64,000 bases of DNA from Candidatus Krumholzibacteriia bacterium (GCA_050174015.1 JBFXKG010000001.1:32001-96000), one strand, 5' to 3'. Positions 21,896-31,362 are shown, counted from the first letter of the stretch. The notes: generated by a model from the sequence alone, not told the origin. A program made the numbers and translations.

Positions 21896-23653
21896 ATGAA
21901 ACCAGGTACCTTGACTCTCGGTCTTCTATTCCTGGCGGCGACCGGGGTCGCCTTGGCCCAGGACCCTCCGGTCGATCCCGGGGAGTTCGGGGACGCGCCC
22001 GAGGGGGCCATCGCCTACCCCGGCCTGGGAGTGGGCGGGCTGTTCCCCACCTGCAAGGGCGGGCCCGCCGGCTTCGTCTTCCACGCCAACCTGGCACCCC
22101 TGGCCTGGTTCGGACCGACCATGGAAACCGAGATGGACGGCAACGCCGGATTCTGCCCCCCGCCGCCCTACGAGATGGACGAGTGCTGGGGTCCTGCCGA
22201 CGGCGACGGCGGCCTGGTGAACGTCACCACCTACAGCATCGTCAACAACCAGGTGACGGTCTGCGGCCAGCAGATCCCCGACCCGCTCGGCCCTCCCTGC
22301 ACCGTCGTCCAGTGGGGAGCCGCCATGGACGCCCGGGTCACCAACTTCTCGGGCAACGACGCCCTGATCAACGTCCTGATCGACTGGGATCAGGACGGAC
22401 GCTGGGGCGGACAATCCCTGTGTCCGGGGGGGAAGACCATCCCCGAGCACGTGGTCTGGAACCTGCCCGTTCCCGACGGCTACAGCGGCCTGCTATCCGG
22501 GCTGAGCCCCGGACCCATCGAGATCGGCCCCAACCCGGGCTACGTGTGGATGCGCCTGTCCATCGGCGATCCCATCCCCATGCCCCTGGACTGGGACGGG
22601 AGTTTCTTCTTCGACACGGGCGAAACCGAGGACTACCTGATCGAGATCGGCGACGCGCCGGACCTCGGTGCGGGTGAACTCGGCGATGCGCCCGAAGGTG
22701 TCCTCGCCTATCCAGGCGGCGTGCTCGGGGCCTTCCCCACCTGCATCGGGACCGGTCCGGCCGACACCTACATCTTCCACCGCGCGCCGATCTCCAGCCA
22801 CTTCGGCCCCGACGTGGACCTGGAAGGCGAGGGCAACCACGACCTGTGCAGCTTCACCACCTACGAGAACGACGAGTGCCACGGCAAGGATGGGGACGGC
22901 GGCCTCATCACCCCCGCCTCGTACACCATGGTGGGCCCCGCGCCGGTCGTCTGTTCCATCGGGCCCAAGGCGTCCCTCGGCCCCAACTGCGGCCTGGGCG
23001 TCTGGGGCGGGGATCTGGACATCCTCATCGACAACAGCGGGGGCCCGGACATGTTCTTCAACGCCCTGGGCGACTGGAGCGGGGACGGGGCCTGGAGCGG
23101 GACCTTCACCTGCTCGGCGGGATTCACGGAGAACGAGCACTTCGCCGTCGACGTGGTGGTTCCGGGCGGGTTCGTGGGGCCGGCCTCCACCCTGACCGGA
23201 CCGAACTTCGCCGTCGCCAGCGACGGGGGCTACCACTGGTTCCGGTTCAGCCTGACGGACATTCCGGTGGGCCAGAACTGGGAAGGCAAGGGCATCTTCG
23301 GGGATGGAGAGACCGAGGACTACCTCCTGTGGGTCGCCCAGCCTACCGGCACGCCCGAGATCCCGGAGCGTGGGGCGGGTCTCGACCTCCTGCCGAACGC
23401 TCCCAATCCGTTCAATCCGTCCACCGAGATCCGGTTCAGCCTGGCCCGGTCGGGTCCGGTGACGGTCACGATTCACGACCTGGCCGGCCGTTTGGTCAGG
23501 ACCCTGGAGCAGGGCGTCCGTGAATCCGGCGAGCATCGGATCGTCTGGCACGGGGAAGACGATGGTGGCCGCCGGCAACCCTCGGGAGTGTTCTTCGTGC
23601 GGGTGGTTTCGGGTGACGAGGTCAGATCGCGCAAGATCATGATGCTCAAGTAA
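21896..23653 (+). CDS. Secreted protein with two GEVED-like repeats and C-terminal FlgD-Ig domain
   Basis: Two GE.GDAPEG..AYPG..FPTC...GETEDY modules; NAPNPFNP C-terminal domain. Confidence 0.85.
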   Translation: MKPGTLTLGLLFLAATGVALAQDPPVDPGEFGDAPEGAIAYPGLGVGGLFPTCKGGPAGFVFHANLAPLAWFGPTMETEMDGNAGFCPPPPYEMDECWGPADGDGGLVNVTTYSIVNNQVTVCGQQIPDPLGPPCTVVQWGAAMDARVTNFSGNDALINVLIDWDQDGRWGGQSLCPGGKTIPEHVVWNLPVPDGYSGLLSGLSPGPIEIGPNPGYVWMRLSIGDPIPMPLDWDGSFFFDTGETEDYLIEIGDAPDLGAGELGDAPEGVLAYPGGVLGAFPTCIGTGPADTYIFHRAPISSHFGPDVDLEGEGNHDLCSFTTYENDECHGKDGDGGLITPASYTMVGPAPVVCSIGPKASLGPNCGLGVWGGDLDILIDNSGGPDMFFNALGDWSGDGAWSGTFTCSAGFTENEHFAVDVVVPGGFVGPASTLTGPNFAVASDGGYHWFRFSLTDIPVGQNWEGKGIFGDGETEDYLLWVAQPTGTPEIPERGAGLDLLPNAPNPFNPSTEIRFSLARSGPVTVTIHDLAGRLVRTLEQGVRESGEHRIVWHGEDDGGRRQPSGVFFVRVVSGDEVRSRKIMMLK

Positions 23654-23679
23654 ATGGCCTGCACAGACGGCCCTGTTCC

Positions 23680-23710
23680 GGCCCGGTCGTCCCCCCCTGG
23701 CGACCGGGCC
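23680..23710 (+). terminator. GC stem-loop after the GEVED protein gene
   Basis: GGCCCGGTCG...CGACCGGGCC perfect 10-bp stem. Confidence 0.5.
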
Positions 23711-23842
23711 CAGACTAAATAAGACCGAATTTGTTGACTTTTGTCACCTGAACCCGTACGATCAGGAGGATCAAGTTTTTGATTCCATCACATGAGTATG
23801 AAGTCCTGTTCGCCCATTTCATCGGAACAAGGGGGTTCTCTG

Positions 23843-26800
23843 ATGAAAATCGCTCATTTCGCCCTTTTCGGAGTCATCTGCCTCCTGGCCACGTCGGCCG
23901 TCGCGACCGGGGTCAGGGATTTCCAGCTCCAGTCCCGACCTCCTCTCCGGGGGAGGTCCGCCGATCCGGTCAAGGCCCCCGGGGACAGCACCCTGCTCAT
24001 GGGCCCCTGGGGCAGCGGCGCCCCTTACAACGGACAGTTCCAGACGGCCGGGGGTCTGCCGGCCTGGAACGGCTGGACGAGCCGGGACATCACTCAGTCC
24101 CCCGGGAATCGCTGGCGCCCGGACACCTTCCACGCCGTGAACGGGGCGTACTCCGCCTGGTGCGGTCTGGCCGACTACCCGGCCTGCGACGCAGGCGATG
24201 AGGCGGGTGGCTACGGCAACAACTGGAAGGAAAACCTCCAGTGGACCGGTCCGGTGACCGACCCCGGTCTGTCCTGCACGGTGGCAATCAACGCCGTGCT
24301 CGACCATGATACGGAACCCGGATACGACTACCTTTATCTGGAGTGTGTTCTGGGGGACGGTTCGGCGGTCCTTCTCGCCACCTGGGACGGATTGGCATCG
24401 GCCGTGCCCGTGAACGAGACCTTCACCTACCTGCCGGGGGATTATTCCGGATCCGGCGGCGACGAGGTCGTCGTCCGTTTCCGGTTCGAATCCGACGGCG
24501 GTTGGTCCGACGAGGACTGCCTCTTTCCGTCCAGCGGGGCCGCCCGGATCGACGACCTCGTCATCACCCTCACCAACGGCTCCGGCGCGGGCCACGATTT
24601 CGAGGACGGGACCCTGGGACCGTTCCAGGCGCCTCCGGCGCAGGGCGTGGGGGACTTCGCCAAGATCTGGACCGAACTGAACGATTCGGATCCATGCCGG
24701 TCGAACTTCGGTCCCCAGGTCGCCTTCATCGACGACGGGGTGGTGGTCCCCGGGACCGGGGGATCCCTGTGCATCGACCATTGCTACGGGCCGGACGGGT
24801 ACGTGGTCAACTCGACGGGGGGCCTCGCGGGCCCGGATGAACACCTGGACAACGCCGTCATCTCCCCGGTCATGGCCTGGCCCGCGGGCCACGACGGCCT
24901 GGTGTTCGAATACACCGTGTTCGAAGACGACTTCCTCTTCGCCCTCAACGACGACCCCGGGATCCTGTACACCTGGTACGTCCGTTCGACGGCATCGGCT
25001 GATCCCGCCGATCTCGAGATCGCTCCCTGGGTCAACCGCGGTTTCTTCCACATCAACGACGTCTGGGACGGCCGTTACGTGCGGCAGTCGTACGTGGTCG
25101 GCGATCTCCTGGAACCCGGGGCGCAATACCTTCAGGTGATGCTCAAGGCTCTGGAGATCGGGTTCGCGTGGGGGCAGAACGGCACAAACGCCCTGCCTGC
25201 TCCCTACTTCGACGACGTGAGGGTCACGGCTTACGAATCGGCCGGTCCCAACCTGACCGCCGATCGCTTCGACCTGGCCCTGGACGCCTTCCCCGCGTCA
25301 GGGACGGTGGACATGGGCGATCCCGGGGCCCTCTCGGCCCGGTTCGACGGCGGCCGGGGCTCCGACCTGAGCGCCCCCGGCGATTCGGTGGTGGTCGATG
25401 CAAAACCCGCGCGGGCGGGAGCCGTGCTGACCGGTCCGCCCCTGATGCACTACCGCCTGACGCCCAACCCCGTGTTCGATCCCTACCGGACCAGCAGCCT
25501 GCCGTTGGTCGGCGCCGTCGCGGGTCTCGAGGGTCAGGACCAGCTGGGCCAGCCCAACGGTCAGTTCGCCTTCGACCTGCCCGACACCGCCTTCCTGTTC
25601 CCCGGAGACGTCCTTCGCTATTGCTTCACCGCAGCGGACGATCTCGGCGGCGTCGCGGCCCAATCCATCCTGCCGGCCGACACCACCGGATTCTCTTCCG
25701 CCGACCCCGGTCTGGTCTACGATCCGGACTTCACCGTGAGGGTTCTGCCGTCCATCAGCGAGAACCCCGGCAATCCGGGAACCTACCTGCGCCCGGACCT
25801 GCTGGTCTGGAGCGACGCCGAGGACGGCAAGGAATACGACCTCTGGGTGGCGACCCTTGGCCAGCTGGGTCTCCAGTGGGGGCGGGATTTCGACCTGGCG
25901 ACCCGGCCCGGCATCCAGGCCCGCATGGCGGACCGGACCAGTCTGGAACAGCTCGCGTCCTATGACGACCTGATCTACCTGACCGGAGCGACCTTCCAGG
26001 GCTTCCTGCCGGACGAGGACGTGCTCCTGCTCGAAGCCTGGTTCGCCACCGGAGGAAAGGACCTCCTGGCCATGGGGCTGACCCTCCCCGGCAACCTCCA
26101 GGACATCTACGGATGGGGAGGGGGCTCCGGTATCGGCGCGACTTTCGCCCTGGACCGGATGGGCATCCTCGACGTGGGCAGAAACGTCAATGAACTGATC
26201 CTCGATCAGGACTTCCCTCAGATCGCTCCGCTGGCCGGCAATCCGGTCTTCGGGGGCGGTTTCCCCCGTTGGCTGGACAACGCGCAGTGCCAGCCGGACG
26301 GGCGGATCTTCCCCAACAGCCGGCAGGGCAACGCGGTCACTCCTGCGGCAGGTGCGACGGTTCTGGCGGAGTACACCACCCCCGGAGGCGGCCTGGGCTC
26401 GTTCCCCTACGCGGCAGCCCTGTTGATGGAGGTGGACGCGGACAGCAGCCGGGCGGTCACCATGCCGACCACGCTGCGGCGGATCTATCCGGACCCCGGG
26501 GCGGCCAAGACGGCCGCGCCGACCGCGACCCGCACTCAACTGGTCCAGGCGGTCCTGTCCTATTTCGGCCGTTCGTTCACCGGTGCGCCCAGCTCCGTGC
26601 CCGGCGCCGAGGCCTTTGAGGTCAACGCCCATCCCAATCCCTTCAATCCGACGACGGCCCTCAGCTTCACCATGCCGCAAGCCGGACATCTGAGCCTGAA
26701 AGTGTTCGATCTGCGCGGCCGTCTGGTGCGGACGCTGCTGGACGAGCGGCGCGAGGCGGGGCCCGGGCATGCGGCCTGGGACGGCCTGGATGAGGCAGGA

Positions 26801-26884
26801 GCCCGGGCGCCCTCGGGCGTGTACTTCTACGAGGCCCGCACCGCGGGTCAGGTCCAGGTCGGCAAGGTGACCATGATCAAATGA
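23843..26884 (+). CDS. Large secreted protein with C-terminal FlgD-Ig domain
   Basis: Signal peptide; DTEPGYDY..FRFESDGGWSDED module; HPNPFNP..KVFDLRGRLVRTL..SGVYFY. Confidence 0.85.
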   Translation: MKIAHFALFGVICLLATSAVATGVRDFQLQSRPPLRGRSADPVKAPGDSTLLMGPWGSGAPYNGQFQTAGGLPAWNGWTSRDITQSPGNRWRPDTFHAVNGAYSAWCGLADYPACDAGDEAGGYGNNWKENLQWTGPVTDPGLSCTVAINAVLDHDTEPGYDYLYLECVLGDGSAVLLATWDGLASAVPVNETFTYLPGDYSGSGGDEVVVRFRFESDGGWSDEDCLFPSSGAARIDDLVITLTNGSGAGHDFEDGTLGPFQAPPAQGVGDFAKIWTELNDSDPCRSNFGPQVAFIDDGVVVPGTGGSLCIDHCYGPDGYVVNSTGGLAGPDEHLDNAVISPVMAWPAGHDGLVFEYTVFEDDFLFALNDDPGILYTWYVRSTASADPADLEIAPWVNRGFFHINDVWDGRYVRQSYVVGDLLEPGAQYLQVMLKALEIGFAWGQNGTNALPAPYFDDVRVTAYESAGPNLTADRFDLALDAFPASGTVDMGDPGALSARFDGGRGSDLSAPGDSVVVDAKPARAGAVLTGPPLMHYRLTPNPVFDPYRTSSLPLVGAVAGLEGQDQLGQPNGQFAFDLPDTAFLFPGDVLRYCFTAADDLGGVAAQSILPADTTGFSSADPGLVYDPDFTVRVLPSISENPGNPGTYLRPDLLVWSDAEDGKEYDLWVATLGQLGLQWGRDFDLATRPGIQARMADRTSLEQLASYDDLIYLTGATFQGFLPDEDVLLLEAWFATGGKDLLAMGLTLPGNLQDIYGWGGGSGIGATFALDRMGILDVGRNVNELILDQDFPQIAPLAGNPVFGGGFPRWLDNAQCQPDGRIFPNSRQGNAVTPAAGATVLAEYTTPGGGLGSFPYAAALLMEVDADSSRAVTMPTTLRRIYPDPGAAKTAAPTATRTQLVQAVLSYFGRSFTGAPSSVPGAEAFEVNAHPNPFNPTTALSFTMPQAGHLSLKVFDLRGRLVRTLLDERREAGPGHAAWDGLDEAGARAPSGVYFYEARTAGQVQVGKVTMIK

Positions 26885-26912
26885 CCTCACGCCGGAATCC
26901 ACCGGCGACAAC

Positions 26913-26962
26913 ACGGCCCGCGGCGACTCCCCAGGGAGACGGTCCGCGGGCCGTCGTGTTTT
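26913..26962 (+). terminator. Probable intrinsic terminator separating the FlgD gene from the peptide operon
   Basis: ACGGCCCGCGG...CCGCGGGCCGT stem followed by GTGTTTT. Confidence 0.5.
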
Positions 26963-27081
26963 AGGCCATCCACCCAAGAACCTTGAACCGCAACGGGTTG
27001 GGGAGCTCCCGGCCCGCGGGCCGACCCTTGCTCCTGGAGGGCGTTCGCGCACGGAGGCATTCGTTCCAAGGAGGAGCCGAC

Positions 27082-27333
27082 ATGAAGGAAAGACCGAATC
27101 ACGAACCCGGAATCACCCCCGACCACCTGGCCGCCAGCCTGCAGCGGCTGGACATCCGGGAACTGGAGCAGCGCATGGAGTTCGCCCCGCTGCTGGTGGA
27201 CCAGGGCCTGGCCACCGGGACCCAGGACCTGGACATGCCCTGCTGCGTCTGCAAGATCGGCGACCCGACCCAGCTGGACGAGAACGGCATGCTGCCCAAT
27301 CTCAACCTGGGCATGGGGTCGGAGAACTGGTGA
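27082..27333 (+). CDS. 83-aa putative RiPP precursor peptide
   Basis: Strong RBS (GGAGGAG) before ATG 27082; leader-like LDIRELEQRMEF; CCVCK in the C-terminal half; stop overlaps the next start (GTGA). Confidence 0.7.
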   Translation: MKERPNHEPGITPDHLAASLQRLDIRELEQRMEFAPLLVDQGLATGTQDLDMPCCVCKIGDPTQLDENGMLPNLNLGMGSENW

Positions 27334-28520
27334 CGCCCCTGAAGCATGACCGCCGGCGGCGGCCCGGACCCCCGAGGGGGACCGGGCCCGGCCGGCGGCC
27401 GGAATCCGGACCCGAAGCCGCCGGACCTGCCGCGGACCACACCTGGGAGCTGTGGAACCTGCGGGCCTTGTTCCCGGAGGCGGGTCTCGAGGACCTGCTG
27501 GCGATCAAGGCCAGTCAGGACAGGCTCCTGGCGAGGGAACGGGAGGCTCTCGCCGGGCTGTGGTCGGGGAACCGGGTCATCCTGGGCCCCGGCCACGGAT
27601 TCTTCGCCGAGCATCCCGAACTGGGGACCGGGATGACGGTCTCCCTCCACCTGGGACCGTACCAGCTGCTCGCCGAGCCGTTCGCGGCGGCGGGACGCGC
27701 ACCTCTGATCGTCCTCAACGCAAGCGCGCTGGCCTCGTTCAAGCAGCATGCCGAGTCCCTGCTCAGGAAGCTGGGCCACGGCGAGGGTCTGGGCTGGGCG
27801 TCGCTGGGGGATCCGGGGTTCGTCCGGCGCATCATCGCCGCGGTCAGGGACGACCGGCCGGTCCTGGTCTATCTCGACGGCAACGACGGGCAGGGAGGCA
27901 TGGCCACGACCCGCGACCAGGGGCTGGACTACGACTTGCCCGGCCGGACCATCCGGGTGCGCACGGGTCTGGCGCGGCTGGCCTGCCGGCTGGGTTGCCG
28001 CGTCCACACGGTGGCGGTCCACTGGGGAGACGAGGGGCTTCCCGTCTGGGAAACCGGGCCGTCCCGTCGCTGCGGGCCCGGGGATGATCCGGCCGCCGTG
28101 ACCCGGGGCCTCTTCGACTGGTGCTTCACGCAGGTCATGCGCCGCCCGGACCAGTGGCACCACTGGTCCATGCTCCGCCACTCCAGCGCCTGCTTCCGGC
28201 AGGGCCCGCTGGAGGAGGACGGCGTGCCGGCGGGCCTGCGGGAGGACTTCGGACGGGCCTTCCAGACCTGCCTGACCCGGTCGCCGGAAACCGTCCGCCT
28301 GGTCCTGGAGAACCAGGTCGAGGTGTGGCGCGAGGCCGTCCTGGCGGATCTGTCGGCGGACCGGTTCTATCCCGCCGCCGGTCTTCGCGACCAGGATCTT
28401 GAGATCCTGAGGACCGGCCGCCCCACCCTGGCTGAACTGAGCGAGTACCACGGCCGGGCGTGGGTGGGATTCCACGGGCTGCGGCTCTGCCTGCTGGGCA
28501 TGGCCAGGCTGGGCACCTGA
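27330..28520 (+). CDS. LpxL/LPLAT-type acyltransferase with putative C-terminal RRE/PqqD-like domain
   Basis: SLHLGPYQL, VLVYLDGNDG, VRTGLARLA..GCRVHTV, RRPDQWHHW; extra C-terminal VLADLSADRFY..LEILR..TLAEL segment. Confidence 0.7.
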   Translation: MTPLKHDRRRRPGPPRGTGPGRRPESGPEAAGPAADHTWELWNLRALFPEAGLEDLLAIKASQDRLLAREREALAGLWSGNRVILGPGHGFFAEHPELGTGMTVSLHLGPYQLLAEPFAAAGRAPLIVLNASALASFKQHAESLLRKLGHGEGLGWASLGDPGFVRRIIAAVRDDRPVLVYLDGNDGQGGMATTRDQGLDYDLPGRTIRVRTGLARLACRLGCRVHTVAVHWGDEGLPVWETGPSRRCGPGDDPAAVTRGLFDWCFTQVMRRPDQWHHWSMLRHSSACFRQGPLEEDGVPAGLREDFGRAFQTCLTRSPETVRLVLENQVEVWREAVLADLSADRFYPAAGLRDQDLEILRTGRPTLAELSEYHGRAWVGFHGLRLCLLGMARLGT

Positions 28521-28522
28521 CC

Positions 28523-29593
28523 ATGCCCGGACGAACCGAGGTCCATCCCCACCCCGCCGGCCCCTGGCTGGTCATCCACGAGGGCCGCAGTTTCGGGGTG
28601 CCGCCCCGGGTCGGAGCCGGGATCCTCGATGCGTCGATTCCTGCGGCCGGCCTGGTCCCCCGGTCCCGGGAAGTCCAGAAGCCGCCATCGGCCCGGTCGG
28701 GGCTCCGCCGGATGTTCCGGGATCCTTTGTGGTTGCGATTGCCCCTCGCGTCCCCGGCAGCGGTGCGGCGGGCGGCCGCGTTCTTGAGCCCTCTGGCCGG
28801 TCCGAGGGCGCTGGGGCTGTCGGCTGCGGTCGGTCTGGGGGGTTACGGCCTGGCCTGGGCGGGGGGATGGCAGCGGGAATGGCCTGTCCTGCACGAAGGA
28901 GGTCTCGTTCCGGGTCTGGTCCTCTTCCTCGTGACGGCGGTCTGGCACGAACTGGGGCATGCTGCCGCCCTGGCCCGCCAGGGGTATCCCCCGGGACGGC
29001 TGGGGATCGGCGTGATGGTCGTCATCCCGGTGCTGTTCGTGGACGTGACGCCGGTCGCCCTGTTGCCGCCCCGAGGACGCCTCGTGGTGAACGCGGCCGG
29101 CGCAAGCTTCCAGCTCGGGATAGGGGGGATCCTGGCCCTGGCGGCGGGAACCTGCGAGGCCGGCTGGTTGCGGGATGCCTCGGGGATCGCCGCGGGTTCG
29201 GCCCTGGGAGCGGTCCTCTGGAGCCTGTGGCCGTTCATCCGGTCCGACGGCTACTGGCTCGTGGCCGATCTCCTGGGGGTCGGGGCCCTGGACCGGCCGC
29301 TCCCGCCGGAAGCAGGCTGCCGGGCCCGCACCGGGATCCTGCTCCACCGGGCGACCAACCTGGCCTTCATCGTCGCCGCGGCGGGACTGGTGACCTGGAC
29401 CGCCGCATCGCGCCTGGGCCCGGCCGGACCCTGGGGAACGGCCGGAGCGGTCCTGATCGCCGCCCTGGTCTGGTGGGGGGCGGTGGCGCGGGGGTTCCGG
29501 CTGGTGGGAACCCTGAGGCGGGATTTCGGGACAAGGGCCCGGGAAGGACGCGGGGTGCGAATCCGGGCCGGGCCCAGATCCGGAAACCCGTGA
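28523..29593 (+). CDS. M50-family intramembrane Zn metallopeptidase (YydH-like)
   Basis: WHELGHAAA (HExxH), PVLFVDVT, VNAAG, SLWPFIRSDGYWLVADLLG; several TM helices; ATG 2 nt after the upstream stop. Confidence 0.8.
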   Translation: MPGRTEVHPHPAGPWLVIHEGRSFGVPPRVGAGILDASIPAAGLVPRSREVQKPPSARSGLRRMFRDPLWLRLPLASPAAVRRAAAFLSPLAGPRALGLSAAVGLGGYGLAWAGGWQREWPVLHEGGLVPGLVLFLVTAVWHELGHAAALARQGYPPGRLGIGVMVVIPVLFVDVTPVALLPPRGRLVVNAAGASFQLGIGGILALAAGTCEAGWLRDASGIAAGSALGAVLWSLWPFIRSDGYWLVADLLGVGALDRPLPPEAGCRARTGILLHRATNLAFIVAAAGLVTWTAASRLGPAGPWGTAGAVLIAALVWWGAVARGFRLVGTLRRDFGTRAREGRGVRIRAGPRSGNP

Positions 29594-29605
29594 GGGACCC
29601 TCCCG

Positions 29606-31345
29606 TCACGCGGGCGACAGAAGGGCCCCCAGGGCCTGGGCGAGGCCATCGGATTTCACGGGTTTGGCCAGTGAACGGGCCTTGCCGATCTCTGCGAGGC
29701 GCCGGGGCTCCGGGGCTCCCGGCGCGTCATGGATGAAGAGGATCGGCATCTCGGGGCAGACGGCGCGGATGTCCTGGATCAGCTCCACCCAGCTCATCAT
29801 GGGCAGGGGGTCGTCGATCACCACGGCCGCCCATTCGTCTGGGGAGGCCATGAAGGTCAGACGGCTGGAATGGGTTCCGCGGCAGTGGGTGACCAGGCAG
29901 CCCAGGTTGTGCAGGCCGGTGATGATCCGGGCGGCGTCCTCCTCGGCCTGGTCGACGAACAGGACCCGGGGCGAGGATCCGCCTGCGGTCCCGATGGCCG
30001 CCCGCAGGGGAGCCGTCAGGTCGGCGTATCCGGACCACCCGGTGATGTCCTCGGTGATCCCGATGATGTACCGCGGGTTCCCCTCGTCGCCGGACAGGGG
30101 GATCTTGCGGGAGCGCACGAGGAGGGCGCCGCGGGTCGCGGAGTGGAAGGTCTCGCATTCGACCTCGAGCAGGGATCCTGTCGCCAGGACTTCCTGGTCC
30201 TGCCGGGAGAAGGCGGCGGCGTCCTCCGGATGGAAGACCTCCTCGTTGGTCTTGCCGATGACTTCGGACCCGGGAACTCCGACCAGCTCCTCGCAGGCCC
30301 GGTTCAGGTACACGAACCGGTGGGTCGTCGCGTCCTTGACGAAGACCGGCAAAGGGATGTTGGTCACCACCGAATCGAAGAACTGCTTGGCTTCGGTCAG
30401 TTCCTGCTCCATCCGGTGGCGGTGGGAGGCCCCCAGCAGGATTTCCCCCAGGAGCTGCAGGCGCTGGGGTTCCTCCCGGTCCCAGCGGCGGCCGGTCCGT
30501 CCTCCGTGGACGGCGATGAAGCCGGGATCGTGGTCTCCCAGGTCGAGGCGGATCCACAGGCCCGAGCGCACGCCGGACGACAGGGCCAGCTTCTTCTCCT
30601 GGATCCAGGCCGGGGGAATGGCGTCGGTGCAACTGAAGCTGAAAACCTTCCGCCGCTTGAGATGGCGGAACAGGTTCGCGGGCAGACGCATCTCATCCTC
30701 CCCCGGCATCCAACGCCGGACCCCTTCGGCGGTGGCCAGCAGGACGGAGGCCCGGCCCCCGCATGTCCTGCCCCCGCAGGAGAAGATCGTCAGGGCGGAA
30801 TCGAAGAATTCCCCGATGGCCTGCAGCGTTCCGGGAACCAGGTCGGGGAAGTGGGATCCGGGAACCTGCAACAGGCGGCGGGAAAGATCGGCCGCCAGGG
30901 ATTCGAACCGGAGCCGGTCGGCCAGGTCGGATCCGGCGGCGACGGGAGCCGAACCCCCGGGATCCCGGCCCGCGGTCCTGATCAGGGAGCTGAGGCCGTC
31001 GTGATCGGAATCCTCTTCCAGGAACAGGCCCAGGCAGTGGGTGTCCTCGGGGGCGTGTCCGGTGATGGGCATGATGGCGACGGTCAGGTCACGGTCCTGT
31101 CCGCTGCGGGTCCGGCACCGGATGCGGTTGATCCCGCCCTGGCGGTCGTCGTTGAGGCAGGACAGGAACAGGCTGCGGTTCGCCGGGGAGAGGAATGCAG
31201 CGGGCCGGCCTTCCATGTCCTCGGCGGTCCACCCGAACAGCTGTTCGGCGGCGCGGCTCCACAGGACGACCATCCCTCCGCTGTTGAGGATGACGGCCGC
31301 ATGGGTCGACTCGTAGAGGGAACTGTGCATCGAAGATGCCGCCAT
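29606..31345 (-). CDS. PAS-GAF-PAS protein with C-terminal receiver-like domain
   Basis: WSRAAEQLFGW PAS; NIPLPVFVKD..FVYLNRACEEL PAS; RVLFVD..VIDDPLPMMS..AKPV receiver-like; no H-box seen. Confidence 0.7.
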   Translation of the reverse strand: MAASSMHSSLYESTHAAVILNSGGMVVLWSRAAEQLFGWTAEDMEGRPAAFLSPANRSLFLSCLNDDRQGGINRIRCRTRSGQDRDLTVAIMPITGHAPEDTHCLGLFLEEDSDHDGLSSLIRTAGRDPGGSAPVAAGSDLADRLRFESLAADLSRRLLQVPGSHFPDLVPGTLQAIGEFFDSALTIFSCGGRTCGGRASVLLATAEGVRRWMPGEDEMRLPANLFRHLKRRKVFSFSCTDAIPPAWIQEKKLALSSGVRSGLWIRLDLGDHDPGFIAVHGGRTGRRWDREEPQRLQLLGEILLGASHRHRMEQELTEAKQFFDSVVTNIPLPVFVKDATTHRFVYLNRACEELVGVPGSEVIGKTNEEVFHPEDAAAFSRQDQEVLATGSLLEVECETFHSATRGALLVRSRKIPLSGDEGNPRYIIGITEDITGWSGYADLTAPLRAAIGTAGGSSPRVLFVDQAEEDAARIITGLHNLGCLVTHCRGTHSSRLTFMASPDEWAAVVIDDPLPMMSWVELIQDIRAVCPEMPILFIHDAPGAPEPRRLAEIGKARSLAKPVKSDGLAQALGALLSPA

Positions 31346-31362
31346 GATGTTGCTCCTCCAGC

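Noticed and set aside
27330..28520. Housekeeping lipid A lauroyltransferase lpxL
   Set aside because: No lipid A/LPS genes nearby, no N-terminal membrane anchor, an extra C-terminal domain, and coupling to a peptide ORF and an M50 peptidase.
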